A DNA stretch of 29,701 nt from Macrostomum lignano (taxonomy: Eukaryota). Where the stretch lies: contig NIVC01004978.1 of NCBI GenBank assembly GCA_002269645.1, positions 1-29,701 of the forward strand, written 5' to 3'. The translations under genes and the position numbers were made by a program. The notes beneath the pieces were generated by a model, which saw only the letters and a program-made list of their open reading frames with translations, did no database searches and was not told the DNA's origin. This document shows positions 29,468 to 29,701 of the stretch, piece after piece (the first letter of the stretch is position 1; each line of letters begins with the position of its first letter).

Positions 29468-29701
29468 CTGAAGAGAAGAGTAAAAGGGTGGGACTGTAGA
29501 TTTATTGTAAATGGACACTTAGAAGTTACTGGAAGGCCCACTTAAGATTTGGTCTACTAAAAACGTTTTTTTCTGAGCTATTACTGGAACATGTGTTGTT
29601 GATTGTGTGATTATTTGGCTTTTCGGTCGGCACTTCAGTTTTTCTCGCATATCGACCTCTTAAGTAATACGAGTATGTTTTATATTTTTTAATAATGTAT
29701 A

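Noticed and set aside
1-29701. Assigning a species or phylum
   Set aside because: Short introns, a CORE-SINE and recurrent TACATGTA words are compatible with a marine invertebrate but are not diagnostic; a database search is needed.

Overview
AT-rich eukaryotic (invertebrate-like, intron-containing) genomic DNA. The ORF track is fragmented because the real genes are spliced. The window holds a head-to-tail array of four paralogous minus-strand genes: A ~945-4094, B 9379-13042, C 18821-21998, and D 27388 to beyond 29467 (its exon 1 lies outside the window). I reconstructed a shared 6-exon structure by hand (GT-AG, intron phases 2-1-2-1-2). It encodes a type-I membrane protein: signal peptide, divergent CUB-like domain, divergent C-type-lectin-like domain (CTLD), stalk, one TM helix and a cytoplasmic tail. 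B (459 aa) and C (480 aa) splice into open frames. A and D carry 1-bp frameshifts, which may be pseudogenisation or long-read consensus error. The paralogs share a nearly invariant CTLD core but have a hypervariable 11-codon loop in the CUB-like domain; all 11 A-vs-B substitutions there are at codon positions 1/2. They also differ in a gain/loss furin motif in that loop and in their TM/tail modules, and the gene bodies are mosaics of one another. This pattern suggests an uncharacterised diversifying recognition-receptor family (innate immune, allorecognition or gamete recognition); that function is inference. An ~8 kb block (about 1250-9330) recurs almost identically 17.9 kb downstream. Spacers contain a CORE-type tRNA SINE (in intron 2 of A and C), MITE-like elements, a 16-bp minisatellite and an unidentified promoter-like insert. 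Domain calls come from manual motif matching, not database searches.
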